64,000 nucleotides of DNA, taken from contig OY762633.1 in NCBI GenBank assembly GCA_963666125.1, positions 2,050,935 to 2,114,934 of the forward strand, written 5' to 3'. Positions 28,138-37,559 of this stretch are shown here, one piece after another. Source of the DNA: Dehalococcoidia bacterium (GTDB lineage: Bacteria > Chloroflexota > Dehalococcoidia > Lucifugimonadales > CAJWER01). The first letter of the stretch is position 1. Each line of letters opens with the position of its first letter. Below the pieces are notes generated by a model, which saw only the letters and a list, made by a program, of their open reading frames with translations, was not told the DNA's origin and ran no database searches. The position numbers and the translations under genes are program-made.

Positions 28138-29364
28138 ATGATTCGCTCCCGAGGCTTCGCGCTTATCACGAGCGCCGACTTCGTCGTGCGCTCGGCGTAC
28201 CAGATGGGGAAATCGCCCCTGCTGCCCATCTACGCCGCGTCCCTGGGCGCCGGCGACATCTTCCTGGGGTTCATCGTATCGGTGTCCACGCTCACGGGCA
28301 TGGTGCTCAAGCCGACCTTCGGGATGCTGTCGGACCGGACGGGGCGCAGGCTCTGGCTCCTGGTAGGCACGGCCTTCTTCGCGGGGATGCCCTTCGTGTA
28401 CGGGTTCGTGGCGTCGCCGGAGCAGCTATTTGCCGTCCGCATGGTCCACGGCCTGGCGACGGCGATCTACGGCCCCGTGACCCTCGCCTACGTCGCCGAG
28501 ATGTCGCGAAAGCGGAGGGCCGAGAGGCTAGGCTGGTTCTCCATGGCCCGGAACGCGGGCTACGTGATCGGGCCGGCCGTCGCCGGATGGATGCTCCAGT
28601 ACGACTACGCGGATCCCGTCGGCGTCTTCACCGTGATCGGCCTGCTGAGCGCGGCGGCCTTCATCCCCGTCCTGATGCTCCCAGAGACGGCGCGCGCGCC
28701 CAGGGTGGCCCGCGTACCGCTCAGGAAGCAGGTCGTGGCGGCGCTCGGGTCCGGCGCAAGGACCGGGGCCGTATGGCTGGCCGGGGGGATGGAGGCGGGC
28801 ATCTTCATAGCCGTGTACGCCGTCAAGGCATTCGTGCCCCTGCTCGCGCTCTCGTCGGGCGCGAACGTGCTCGTCGCGGGAGCCTTCCTCTCCATACAGG
28901 AGGCGGTGCACATCGTCTGCAAGCCCGTCGGCGGGAGGCTGGGCGACAGGATCGGGTTCATACCCATGGCCGTGGCCGGGATGGTCGTGCTGGGCGCGGC
29001 GCTGCTCCTGCTGCCCATGTCGGCGACGGGCGCCATGATGATCGCACCCGCAGTGCTAATCGGCGTCGCCCAGGCCATCGTATTCCCGTCCACGGTCGCC
29101 CTCGTGTCGACCCGGGTCGACGCCCGGCACCTGGCGACCGGCATGGGCCTCGTGGGATCAATGAAGAACGCCGGCAAGGTGGCGGGACCGATCATAGCCG
29201 GCGGCATGATCCACTGGCTGGGCTACACCTACACCTTCGCAGTGATGGGGTCGGCCATGCTAGCCGCCGCCGTCATAGTCTGGGCCGCGCTCCAGGGCTC
29301 CGGCACATCCCTCCGCCACCCCTCCACTGGCTCCGCCCGAAGCAGCCACTCCCCCCTGCTATAA
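28138..29364 (+). CDS. MFS transporter
   Basis: 408 aa, about 12 predicted TM helices. MFS loop motif GMLSDRTGRR between TM2 and TM3, and a second GGRLGDRIG. Confidence 0.85.
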   Translation: MIRSRGFALITSADFVVRSAYQMGKSPLLPIYAASLGAGDIFLGFIVSVSTLTGMVLKPTFGMLSDRTGRRLWLLVGTAFFAGMPFVYGFVASPEQLFAVRMVHGLATAIYGPVTLAYVAEMSRKRRAERLGWFSMARNAGYVIGPAVAGWMLQYDYADPVGVFTVIGLLSAAAFIPVLMLPETARAPRVARVPLRKQVVAALGSGARTGAVWLAGGMEAGIFIAVYAVKAFVPLLALSSGANVLVAGAFLSIQEAVHIVCKPVGGRLGDRIGFIPMAVAGMVVLGAALLLLPMSATGAMMIAPAVLIGVAQAIVFPSTVALVSTRVDARHLATGMGLVGSMKNAGKVAGPIIAGGMIHWLGYTYTFAVMGSAMLAAAVIVWAALQGSGTSLRHPSTGSARSSHSPLL

Positions 29365-29413
29365 TCCACCCGGGGAGGATGGGCAGTACGAGGCTGTGCT
29401 GGCATGGTAGGAT

Positions 29414-29707
29414 ATGGGCATGTCACCTGAGCTCATAGGCATACTAACCGTCGGGGTTGCAGTAATCGCAGTGATACTCACGGCGTTGCAACGCATCGAC
29501 AAGCGATTCGAGCGGGTGGAGAGTCGCATCGACGCTCTTGAAGAGCGGATGGACAGGCGCATCGACACCCTTGAAGAGCGGATGGATAAGCGAATCGACG
29601 GCGTTGAGGTTCGGCTTGCGTCCCTCGAACAGGGTCAAGCGAGGTTCGAAGGACTCCTCGATGGCCTCCGTGAGGCGCTGTTCGAGCGGGCCGCCCGTTC
29701 GGCGTAA
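29414..29707 (+). CDS. Small N-terminally anchored coiled-coil protein with 11-residue repeats
   Basis: 97 aa. TM helix LIGILTVGVAVIAVILTAL, then RIDALEERMDR / RIDTLEERMDK / RIDGVEVRLAS. The repeat is also visible in the DNA at 29520-29620. Confidence 0.55.
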   Translation: MGMSPELIGILTVGVAVIAVILTALQRIDKRFERVESRIDALEERMDRRIDTLEERMDKRIDGVEVRLASLEQGQARFEGLLDGLREALFERAARSA

Positions 29708-29716
29708 CCCCGGCGC

Positions 29717-30457
29717 CTAGCGGGTGAAGACCGCGCCGCGCACGTAGGCGGCGTCGTCCGACAGCAGGAAGCCGATGACCCGCGCCACGCCTTCGGGCTC
29801 GCCCAGGTCGGTGTTCTCCTTGCGCAGCCGGGCGCTCTCGCCGGCGGCCCTGGCCTGCTGCTCGATGATGCCCAGCTTGAGCGGCGTCGCTATCTCGCCC
29901 GGGCAGAGCACGTTGACGCGGATGCCCTCGCCGCGCAGCTTCGCCTCCAGCGTCATGCCCAGGCCGTTCACGCCGCCCTTGCTGGCCCCGTAGGAGACGG
30001 TGCTGCTGCCGCCCGTCACACCCGCGCCCGACGCGAGCATCACGATCACGCCGCCCCCCGCCGAACGCATCGCCGGTACGGCGTGCTTGGCCGCGAGGAA
30101 GATGCCCTTCAGGTTCACGTCGATCGTGTCGTCCCACACCTGCTCGGGTACGTCCTCGACCGGCACCATGGAGTCGCGCGCGATGCCCGCCGCCGTCACG
30201 AGACCGTCGATGCCGCCCATCAGCCGCGCGGCCTCGGCCATCAGCCCGCGCACCTCGGACTCGACCGACACGTCCGTCCGCACGAACCAGGCCCGGCCGC
30301 CCGTCGCGCCTATCCGGGCGGCGCAGTCTTCCCCGTCGGCCTGGTTCACGTCCGCCACCACGACGCTGGCGCCCATTCCGGCGCAGTGAATGGCCGTCGT
30401 GCGGCCTATTCCAGTGGCCCCGCCGGTGACCACGACCCGCCTGCCCTCCAGGTTCAT
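29717..30457 (-). CDS. Short-chain dehydrogenase/reductase (SDR)
   Basis: ATG 30457 within ORF 29717..31213 (ATGA-type 4-nt overlap with the upstream gene). Motifs VTGGATGIGR, NLKG and YGASKGG. Confidence 0.88.
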   Translation of the reverse strand: MNLEGRRVVVTGGATGIGRTTAIHCAGMGASVVVADVNQADGEDCAARIGATGGRAWFVRTDVSVESEVRGLMAEAARLMGGIDGLVTAAGIARDSMVPVEDVPEQVWDDTIDVNLKGIFLAAKHAVPAMRSAGGGVIVMLASGAGVTGGSSTVSYGASKGGVNGLGMTLEAKLRGEGIRVNVLCPGEIATPLKLGIIEQQARAAGESARLRKENTDLGEPEGVARVIGFLLSDDAAYVRGAVFTR

Positions 30458-31314
30458 TTTCGCCACCTTATGCCCGCCTCGACGCCCGTGTTGTAGAACG
30501 ATGCGCGGGCCTGCGGTATGCGCTCCTCGGGCAGGTGCTCGATCTGGACGTAGCCGTCCGGGCACGCCTCCTCGAAGCTCCGCAGGTACGCCGCCTGGTC
30601 CAGCAGCCCCTCGCCGATCACCGTCTCCTCGACGTGCAGCACGAGCCGGTCCTCCACTACGAAGTCCTTGGCGTGGCCGCATATCGTGTACTCGCCCAGC
30701 ACGTCGAACAGCCTGTCGATCATGGCCGTGGTGTCGTAGGCGTCGGCGAGGCTGCCGACGAAGTTGACGGGGTCGGCGTTGAACCGCAGCGCCCCGGAGC
30801 CCACGGCGTCGATCAGGTCCCTGATGCGCTCCGGCGTGTCGAGGATCGAGAGGGCGTGGCCCTCGACGGCGAGGAGCACGCCCTCCTGCTCCGCTGCGTC
30901 GCAGACCTGCCTGACGCTGTCGACGAGCACCTGGAAAGTCTCCGGCTTCGCGTTGTCGGGGTGGGGATACCAGGAGCCGTTGGGGTTGACGCTGCCCGGC
31001 CTCAGGTAGAGGTTGCCCGCGCCCAGCCACCGGGTCACCCTGCACATGTGCCGCATCTCCGCGATGCCGACGGCCCGCTGGCGCGGATCGGGCGATATGA
31101 GGTCGGGGTGCTGCGCGACCGCCTGGCACGGCGCGACGCCGCCGGCAGCCATCACCTCCCGGAGCCGCACCACGTCTTCCCTGGTGGCGGACGACGGCTC
31201 GTACCAGCGGCACGCCGCGCCGGTGAATCCCTCGCGGCGGATGCGGGCCATCGTCGCGTCCGAGACCTGCGACAGGTCCCTCGGCATCAGGCCCTGTATC
31301 CCCAGGAAGGGCAT
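30454..31314 (-). CDS. Sugar phosphate isomerase/epimerase (xylose isomerase-like TIM barrel)
   Basis: 286 aa. Pattern typical of AP endonuclease 2/xylose-isomerase-like TIM barrels (LAVEGHALSILDTPE, ICGHAKD, YVQIEH). Confidence 0.7.
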   Translation of the reverse strand: MPFLGIQGLMPRDLSQVSDATMARIRREGFTGAACRWYEPSSATREDVVRLREVMAAGGVAPCQAVAQHPDLISPDPRQRAVGIAEMRHMCRVTRWLGAGNLYLRPGSVNPNGSWYPHPDNAKPETFQVLVDSVRQVCDAAEQEGVLLAVEGHALSILDTPERIRDLIDAVGSGALRFNADPVNFVGSLADAYDTTAMIDRLFDVLGEYTICGHAKDFVVEDRLVLHVEETVIGEGLLDQAAYLRSFEEACPDGYVQIEHLPEERIPQARASFYNTGVEAGIRWRK

Positions 31315-31315
31315 A

Positions 31316-31819
31316 CTACTGCGCCGGTCGCGGGGGCATGGAGAGACCGTCGACCACGACCGCGTTCGGAATGCGCGGCAGGAATTCGGGGCTCATCTTG
31401 ATCTTGGACGACCGGTCGCCCGAGCCCAGGATCACGTAGTCGAGGTCCATCAGCTTCTCGTCGAAGTAGACCGGGATCCCCTCGGGAAGGGCGAAGGGCG
31501 TGACCCCGCCGATGGTCATTCCCGTCAGCGCTGCCGTCTGCTCCGCACCCGCGAAGGAGAGGCGTCTCACGCCCATCAGCTTGCGCACGGTCTTGTTGAC
31601 GTCCAGCCGGTCGGAGCCGCGCACCGTGCACGAGGAGTACTGGACCGGCTCGCGCCTCGACGCCACGATTATCGTGTTGCCGCAGTGGTCGATGGGGAAG
31701 CCGTACCTCTCGCAGAACTGGGCCGTGTCGGCAAAGTCGGGGTCGCACGGCACGACCTCGTGGGGAATGTCGAGCTTCGCCAGTGCGGCGGCAACGTTGT
31801 CAGGCAGCCTGGCGTCCAC
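31316..31819 (-). CDS. YbaK/EbsC-type aminoacyl-tRNA editing (deacylase) domain protein
   Basis: 167 aa, GTG start overlapping the upstream stop by 1 nt. NTIIVASRR, TGMTIGGVTPFALPEGIPVYFD and YVILGSGDRSSKIKMSP resemble the YbaK/ProX fold. Confidence 0.7.
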   Translation of the reverse strand: MDARLPDNVAAALAKLDIPHEVVPCDPDFADTAQFCERYGFPIDHCGNTIIVASRREPVQYSSCTVRGSDRLDVNKTVRKLMGVRRLSFAGAEQTAALTGMTIGGVTPFALPEGIPVYFDEKLMDLDYVILGSGDRSSKIKMSPEFLPRIPNAVVVDGLSMPPRPAQ

Positions 31820-32328
31820 TACTTCACCGTGATGGTGCCCATCATACCGAATGCCTCATGGGGGATGCAGATGAGCTTGAAGGTGCCGGCCCTGTCGAAC
31901 TTCACCGTGAAGGTCACCGTCTGGCCGCCGTCCACCGACTCGTCTATGTCCAGGTCGTCGACCGTGAACGTGTGGAACTCCGTCTCGCCCGACATCTCGA
32001 ACGTCACCGTCTCGCCCTCCTCGAAGGTGAACTCCGCCGGCACGAACTTGTACTCGCCGGAGCCGCCCTGGTCAAGGTTCTTCACCTTCACCACGTCGCC
32101 GCCGAACGCGGGTGCGGGCTTGATCGTGGGAGCGGCCTTGATGGTGGGCGCGGCTTTGATGGCGGGCGCGGCCTTGATCGTAGGCGCGGCCTTTATGGCT
32201 GGGGCGGGCTTCACCGTGGGCGCGGACCGTATGAATGGATCGGACTCGCCGTCGATCTCCTCGCACGCCAGCGCGGCCAGGGCCACCGCGAGCAGGACAG
32301 CCAGCGCCGGTAGTGCTCTCTTATGCAC
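31819..32328 (-). CDS. Cupredoxin (plastocyanin/azurin-like) lipoprotein with repetitive linker
   Basis: 169 aa, GTG start with a GAGGAG RBS. Lipobox LAALAC. Six (A/T)(I/V)K(A/P)AP repeats. C-terminal copper-site-like residues (EFHTF ... CIPHEAFGMMG = C-x2-H-x4-M). Confidence 0.75.
   Translation of the reverse strand: MHKRALPALAVLLAVALAALACEEIDGESDPFIRSAPTVKPAPAIKAAPTIKAAPAIKAAPTIKAAPTIKPAPAFGGDVVKVKNLDQGGSGEYKFVPAEFTFEEGETVTFEMSGETEFHTFTVDDLDIDESVDGGQTVTFTVKFDRAGTFKLICIPHEAFGMMGTITVK
32110..32217 (-). repeat. Tandem 18-nt (6-codon) repeat x6 inside the cupredoxin gene
   Basis: Encodes TVKPAP AIKAAP TIKAAP AIKAAP TIKAAP TIKPAP. The DNA periodicity (ggcgcggccttgatsgtr) is visible directly. 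Confidence 0.85.
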
Positions 32329-32358
32329 GCGCGCAACTCCTCGTCCGAATATGTAGCA

Positions 32359-32387
32359 AGTATAGCCAACGCCGCCCGCCGTTCCAA
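32359..32387 (-). promoter_or_regulatory. Putative sigma70-type promoter for the cupredoxin operon
   Basis: The minus strand reads TTGGAA-17 nt-TATACT, about 30 nt upstream of the GTG start. This is a motif and spacing match only. Confidence 0.35.
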
Positions 32388-32399
32388 GAATTGCGCACC

Positions 32400-32428
32400 T
32401 TGCCGCTGCCCGGCCGGGCGTGTAGACT
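32400..32428 (+). promoter_or_regulatory. Putative sigma70-type promoter for the hydrolase-like gene
   Basis: TTGCCG-17 nt-TAGACT, 25 nt upstream of ATG 32454, which has a CAGGAGGA RBS. This is a motif and spacing match only. Confidence 0.35.
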
Positions 32429-32453
32429 GCGGGCCGCCGGCAGGAGGACGCAC

Positions 32454-33923
32454 ATGACGGACGCGCAGGCCGAGAACATCGGAAGCGACAGGCAGCTATT
32501 CGTGGACGACCACTGGATCGACTCCTCGTCGGGAGTCGAGCGGGTGCTCCACGAGCCGGTGGCGGCGAACATCGCCCTCGAGGCAGAGCACCCGTGGGAC
32601 CAGATATTCTCCGCGTACCACCTGGTGCTCAGGGACGGCTCCAAGTGGCGCACGTACTACCTGTGCTCCGGCAGGGGTGACGAGGACGGCCCGCCCGGGG
32701 GATGGCAGCACTGCGCCTACGCGGAGAGCGACGACGGCGTCGAGTGGACGAAGCCCGAGCTTGGCTTGGTGGAGTTCGATGGCTCGAAGCGCAACAACCT
32801 CGTCTACGCCGGCCCTCTCACGGAGTTCGCCCCTTTCCTCGACGACAACCCCGACGCCGTGGAGAGCGAGCGCTACAAGGCCTTCGCGGTTCGCAAGAGG
32901 TCCCAGTCGGGTCTCTATGGCCTGGTGCCGCTGGCGTCCCCGGATGGGCTGAGCTGGCGCCAGATGACCGAAGGGCCCGTCATGGTCGACGGACCCTTCG
33001 ACTCGCACAACGTGCCCTTCTGGGACCCGAAGCTCGGCAAGTACGTCGTCTACGCCCGTGGGGTGGGCAACCCGGACGGCTCCGTCCGCTACAGCGCCGA
33101 GAAGGGCTGGTTCGCCCCGGCAGGCGGTGACCCAAAGCCCGATGGAGGACTCGGCCGCGAGTTCGGCGGCGGGGTGCGCTGGATACGCCGCGCCGTCTCG
33201 GACGACTTCATCAACTGGTCGCCGCTGGAGGTCATCGACTGCGGCGACACCCCCTTCGAGCACCTCTACACCAACGCCTGCACCCCATACGAGAGGGCGC
33301 CCGGGACGTACCTGATGTTCCCGTCGCGCTTCGTGCCCCACCGTACCCCGGACAACGACATCGCCCGCGCCGCCACGCCCGGCGTCAACGACGTGGTCTT
33401 CATGTCCAGCCGCGACGGCATCAACTTCGACCGCAGCTTCATGGAGGCTTACATCAGGCCCGGCCTGATGGTCGAGAACTGGCGCGAGCGCGGGGTATAC
33501 GTCGGCAGGGGCATCGTGCAGACGTCGCCCACGGAGCTGTCCATCTACTCCAGGCAGCACAGGTACCTGTCGTCGGTCCACATCAGGCGCTACTCGATCC
33601 GCACGGACGGCTTCGTCTCCGTCAACGCGGGTTACTCGGGCGGCGAGCTCACCACAAGGCCGTTCGTATTCGCCGGCTCCTCGCTGGAGTTGAACTACTC
33701 CACGTCTGCCGTCGGCTCGGTCCGGGTCGAGCTGCAGGACGAGCATGGGGAGGCCCTGCCCGGCTACGGGATGGACGACTGCCCTGAGATCTTCGGCGAC
33801 GAGATCGGCGGGACCGTGCGCTGGTCGAACGGCTCCGACGTGTCGTCGGTCGCGGGGAGGCCTGTGCGCCTACGCTTCAGGCTGGCGGACGCCGACATCT
33901 ACGCGTTCAAGTTCAACCCGTAG
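32454..33923 (+). CDS. Putative glycoside-hydrolase-like beta-propeller protein with C-terminal beta-sandwich
   Basis: ATG 32454 within ORF 32235..33923. No signal peptide. W/D/G-rich propeller-like repeats. C-terminal domain RPFVFAGSSLELNYSTSAVGSVRVELQDEHGEALPGY. Clear paralogue of the next gene. Confidence 0.55.
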   Translation: MTDAQAENIGSDRQLFVDDHWIDSSSGVERVLHEPVAANIALEAEHPWDQIFSAYHLVLRDGSKWRTYYLCSGRGDEDGPPGGWQHCAYAESDDGVEWTKPELGLVEFDGSKRNNLVYAGPLTEFAPFLDDNPDAVESERYKAFAVRKRSQSGLYGLVPLASPDGLSWRQMTEGPVMVDGPFDSHNVPFWDPKLGKYVVYARGVGNPDGSVRYSAEKGWFAPAGGDPKPDGGLGREFGGGVRWIRRAVSDDFINWSPLEVIDCGDTPFEHLYTNACTPYERAPGTYLMFPSRFVPHRTPDNDIARAATPGVNDVVFMSSRDGINFDRSFMEAYIRPGLMVENWRERGVYVGRGIVQTSPTELSIYSRQHRYLSSVHIRRYSIRTDGFVSVNAGYSGGELTTRPFVFAGSSLELNYSTSAVGSVRVELQDEHGEALPGYGMDDCPEIFGDEIGGTVRWSNGSDVSSVAGRPVRLRFRLADADIYAFKFNP

Positions 33924-33941
33924 CGCGCCCCCGCTCGGCCG

Positions 33942-35342
33942 CTACTCATCCCCGAACCTGAAAGAGTACACGTCCGCGTCCCGCATCGAAAAACGGATGC
34001 GCACCGGACGCCCCGCCAGCGCCGCGACGGAGCCCGACCCGTGCCACGTTACGGTGCGTGCTATCTCGTCGCCGATCAGCTCGTCGCACTCCCCTGCGCC
34101 GAAGCCCGGCAGCGCCGTACCAGCCTCGTCCTGGAGCTCGACCCGGATGCTGCCGGCCGCACTCGTCGCGTAGTTGATCTCCAGCGACTCACCCGCGAAG
34201 GTGAACGGCTTCGTGACCGCATCGCCGCCCGCGTAGGGCGCGTTCAAGGAGCTAAAGCCGTCCAGCCGCAGCGTCATGCGCTCCAGGTGGGCGTTGCCCT
34301 GGCTGTAGGCCCGGTGCACGTAGAAGGACATCTCGGCCGGCCCCGTCTGGACGACGCCCAGCGCCGGATAGTTGTTCCGCGACGTCCAGTTCTGTGGCCC
34401 GATGCCCGGGCGGACGAAGCTCTCCATGAACGTGAAGTCGTACCGCGTGGTCCCCGCGCGCGAGGTCATCAGCACGCCGTCGGAGCAGTCTCGCGGCTCT
34501 CCGCCCCAGGAGTCCATCTCCCGCTCGAAGAACTCCTGCTCCTCCTCCGTGACGGTCCGGCGCTCGAAGAGGATGCGGCCCGGCATCGCCACGTAGATGT
34601 GCGGCGCCCGGAAGTAGGGATGCGTCTGGTTCGTGTACAGGTGCTCCGACGGTACGGTCGAGCCCGTGTCGCTGTAGGCCATCAGCGTGGGTTCGCTCCA
34701 CGACGCGAAGTCAGGGGACGTCGACCTCGCCGCCGCCCTGTTCCCGCCCTCGTTGTGCCGGGCGTAGAGCACGTACTGGCCCTCGGCCTCGGACCAGAAC
34801 ATGACGTTCTGGGAGTCGAAGTGGTTGCTCAGGGCATTCGGCACTATCGCCTCGGGGCTCGTCTCCGTCCAGTGCACGCCGTCGCTGGAGACGTAGCCGT
34901 GCAACCCGTCCTCGTGCCTCGCGTTCGCCTTCAATCGCTCTCCAGGCGGCGCGCCTGCACGCGTGTCGACGAATGGGCAGAACTGCCACCCGCTGCCGAG
35001 GATGACGTTGTTGTCCGCCGATCCCTCCACCTCGACCAGCCCCAGGCTCGGCTTGCGCCAGATAACCCCGTCCCCGCTCTCCGCATAGCAGGTGTGCGAC
35101 TCGAACCCCCGCTCCGTCCTTCCGTAGCTCCCGCCGCGGTAGTACATGCGATAGGTGCCGCCGTCCTGCAGGACCGTCGTGTAGAAGGCGTGGCGCGACT
35201 CCACAGAGCGCCCGGCGCCTTCACCGAATCTGACCGCGACGCCGCCAGTCCTGGGCTCCTGCAGCTTCAGGCGGGCCCCGTCCAACCTGTCGATCAGCAG
35301 ACCGTCGATGAACAGCTCGCGTCTGGAACCGATCTCATGCAC
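33942..35342 (-). CDS. Putative glycoside-hydrolase-like beta-propeller protein (paralogue)
   Basis: 466 aa. Colinear similarity to 32454..33923 (SRRELFIDGLLID vs SDRQLFVDDHWID; KPFTFAGESLEINYATSAAGSIRVELQDEAGTALPGF vs the motif in the previous gene). Confidence 0.55.
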   Translation of the reverse strand: MHEIGSRRELFIDGLLIDRLDGARLKLQEPRTGGVAVRFGEGAGRSVESRHAFYTTVLQDGGTYRMYYRGGSYGRTERGFESHTCYAESGDGVIWRKPSLGLVEVEGSADNNVILGSGWQFCPFVDTRAGAPPGERLKANARHEDGLHGYVSSDGVHWTETSPEAIVPNALSNHFDSQNVMFWSEAEGQYVLYARHNEGGNRAAARSTSPDFASWSEPTLMAYSDTGSTVPSEHLYTNQTHPYFRAPHIYVAMPGRILFERRTVTEEEQEFFEREMDSWGGEPRDCSDGVLMTSRAGTTRYDFTFMESFVRPGIGPQNWTSRNNYPALGVVQTGPAEMSFYVHRAYSQGNAHLERMTLRLDGFSSLNAPYAGGDAVTKPFTFAGESLEINYATSAAGSIRVELQDEAGTALPGFGAGECDELIGDEIARTVTWHGSGSVAALAGRPVRIRFSMRDADVYSFRFGDE

Positions 35343-35354
35343 GCCGTCGCCTCC

Positions 35355-36500
35355 CTAGCTGCTGTAGGGGTCGGCGGCGTCGCGCAGGCCGTCGCCCATG
35401 AAGTTGAAGGCCAGGATCGCGATGATCACCGGCACGGCGACGAACATGAGCCACGGGTAGATCGCCACGGTCTGGGCGTTCTGCGCCTGCTGGAGCATCA
35501 CTCCCCAGCTCACGGCCGGCGGCCGCAGGCCCAGCCCCAGGAAGCTCAGCGCCGTCTCGGCGATTATCATGCCCGGTATCGCCAGGGAGATGGCCGCGAT
35601 GATGTGGCTGGTGAACGACGCCAGCATGTGCCGGAATATGATACGCATCTCCGGGACGCCGATGGTCCGCGCCGCCATCACGAAGTCTTCCTCCCTCATC
35701 GACAGGAAGCGTCCGCGCACCACCCGCGCCAGCTCGGTCCAGGCAATGACCGACACAATGACGGTAATGGCGAAGTAGACCTGTAGCGCGCTCCAGTCCT
35801 TGGGCACCGATGCGGCGAGGGCCATCCATAACGGAATAGCCGGTATCGAGCGCAGTATCTCGATGAACCTCTGGATGATCACGTCAACCATCCCCATGTA
35901 GTAGCCGGAGATGCCGCCCAGCACTATCCCCAGGAAGAAGCTCAGGGCCACGCCGATCAGGCCTATAGACAGCGAGATCCGCGTGGCGATCATCAGCCTG
36001 GACCAGGCGTCTCTCCCGATGTCGTCGCTGCCTAGGAAGTAGATGGAGGGACGCTCCTCTACGGGCACGTTGGGATCGATGCCAACCAGGTGGCGGTTGG
36101 TCGTGAACAGGCCGAGGAGCTTGTACTCGAAGCCCTCGACGAAGAAGTGGACGGGAATCTTCACGTCCGGCAGGACCTCGTAGTCCTTCTGGAAGGTGTC
36201 GGGGTCCCTGAAGCCCTTCAGCCCGTTGACGTGCGGCCTGAACTTGCCATCGTCGAAGAACCGGATCTGCTGCGGCCTCAGGTAGTGGAACTTCTCTGTG
36301 TGGTAGGCGGGATCCGAGGTCGCGAGGAATTCGGCGAACGCCGCCACGCAGTAGAACATGGCCAGGATGATTGCGGAGACCATTGCGAGCCTGTGCCGCT
36401 TGAATCTCCACCACATCAGCCTCCATTGGGAGGCTACGAAGATCTCCTGCGACTCGTCCGACATCGCTCCCTGGGGCAGCGCCGCGCTCTCGGTAGCCAT
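35355..36500 (-). CDS. ABC transporter permease, Opp/Dpp family (OppC/DppC-like)
   Basis: 381 aa. BPD-transporter EAA-type loop (VMAARTIGVPEMRIIFRHMLA) and multiple TMs. Confidence 0.88.
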   Translation of the reverse strand: MATESAALPQGAMSDESQEIFVASQWRLMWWRFKRHRLAMVSAIILAMFYCVAAFAEFLATSDPAYHTEKFHYLRPQQIRFFDDGKFRPHVNGLKGFRDPDTFQKDYEVLPDVKIPVHFFVEGFEYKLLGLFTTNRHLVGIDPNVPVEERPSIYFLGSDDIGRDAWSRLMIATRISLSIGLIGVALSFFLGIVLGGISGYYMGMVDVIIQRFIEILRSIPAIPLWMALAASVPKDWSALQVYFAITVIVSVIAWTELARVVRGRFLSMREEDFVMAARTIGVPEMRIIFRHMLASFTSHIIAAISLAIPGMIIAETALSFLGLGLRPPAVSWGVMLQQAQNAQTVAIYPWLMFVAVPVIIAILAFNFMGDGLRDAADPYSS

Positions 36501-37495
36501 TATTCAGCCGCCCCCACTGCGCGGATCCGCGGGTCGAACATGACCAGCAGAACGTCGGAGATCAGTGTGCCCACGACTGTGAGCGCTCCCAGGAGCAGGA
36601 CTATCGTCCCAGCCAGGTACATGTCCTGCTCCAGCAGGGCTCGCAGCATCACCGGGCCCAGCGTCGGCAGGCTGAGCACCACCGAAACGATGACACTGCC
36701 GCCGATCAGCGCCGGAAGGAGGTATCCGATCGTGCTGATCAGCGGGTTGAGGGCGACCCTTACCGGGTACTTCAGGATCGCCCACCACGCCGGGAGCCCC
36801 TTTGCCATTGCGGTCAGGACGTAGGGCCTGGGCAGCTCGTCCAGGAGGTTGTTGCGCATTATGCGAATGAGGGCCGCTGTACCCGCCGTCCCGAGCACTA
36901 CGACGGGTATCCAGAGATGCTTCATCAGGTCCCAGACACGGGCTAGGCTCCACTCAGCCGTCAGGTACTCGCGGGAGAAGAGGCCTCCCACGGTCTGCTC
37001 GAAGTATGCGAAGGAGATATACATCAGTATCAGGGCAAGCAGGAAGTCGGGGACGGCCAGGCCGGCGAAACCGATGAACGTGAACGTGTAGTCGCCCACG
37101 GAGCGCTGCCGGACAGCGGAGTAGATACCGATGGGTATCGCGAGCAGCCACGTGAATACGATGGTGGCGCCGGCCAGCAGTATCTGGTATGGGAAGCGCT
37201 CGGCCAGGATCTGCCTGACCGGCACCTCCAGGTAGTAGGAGTAGCCGAAGTCGAGCTTCGCCATGCGCCGGATCCACTTCCCGTACTGTACGTAGAGGGG
37301 CCTGTCGAGCCCGTACTGCGTACGGAGCGCCTGCGCCTCCTCGATGCTTGCAGGGTCTCCGGCAAACTCCAGCTGGAGGACGTAGTTGTCGACCCAGTCG
37401 CCCTCGGGCAGCTGGATGACGATGAAGGATATGACCGAAATGGCCCAGATAGTGAACAGGCCGAGCAGTGCGCGACGGCCCAGGAATCCTAGCAC
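36500..37495 (-). CDS. ABC transporter permease, Opp/Dpp family (OppB/DppB-like)
   Basis: 331 aa, GTG start with a GGGAGG RBS. LDRPLYVQYGKWI and YVLTAMAKGLP are typical of OppB/DppB. Confidence 0.88.
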   Translation of the reverse strand: MLGFLGRRALLGLFTIWAISVISFIVIQLPEGDWVDNYVLQLEFAGDPASIEEAQALRTQYGLDRPLYVQYGKWIRRMAKLDFGYSYYLEVPVRQILAERFPYQILLAGATIVFTWLLAIPIGIYSAVRQRSVGDYTFTFIGFAGLAVPDFLLALILMYISFAYFEQTVGGLFSREYLTAEWSLARVWDLMKHLWIPVVVLGTAGTAALIRIMRNNLLDELPRPYVLTAMAKGLPAWWAILKYPVRVALNPLISTIGYLLPALIGGSVIVSVVLSLPTLGPVMLRALLEQDMYLAGTIVLLLGALTVVGTLISDVLLVMFDPRIRAVGAAE

Positions 37496-37559
37496 GCAAA
37501 TACCTCCCGGTGGCGGTCACCCGCCACGTCCGCGGATCCGTTTCAAAAGCCCCGGGGCC

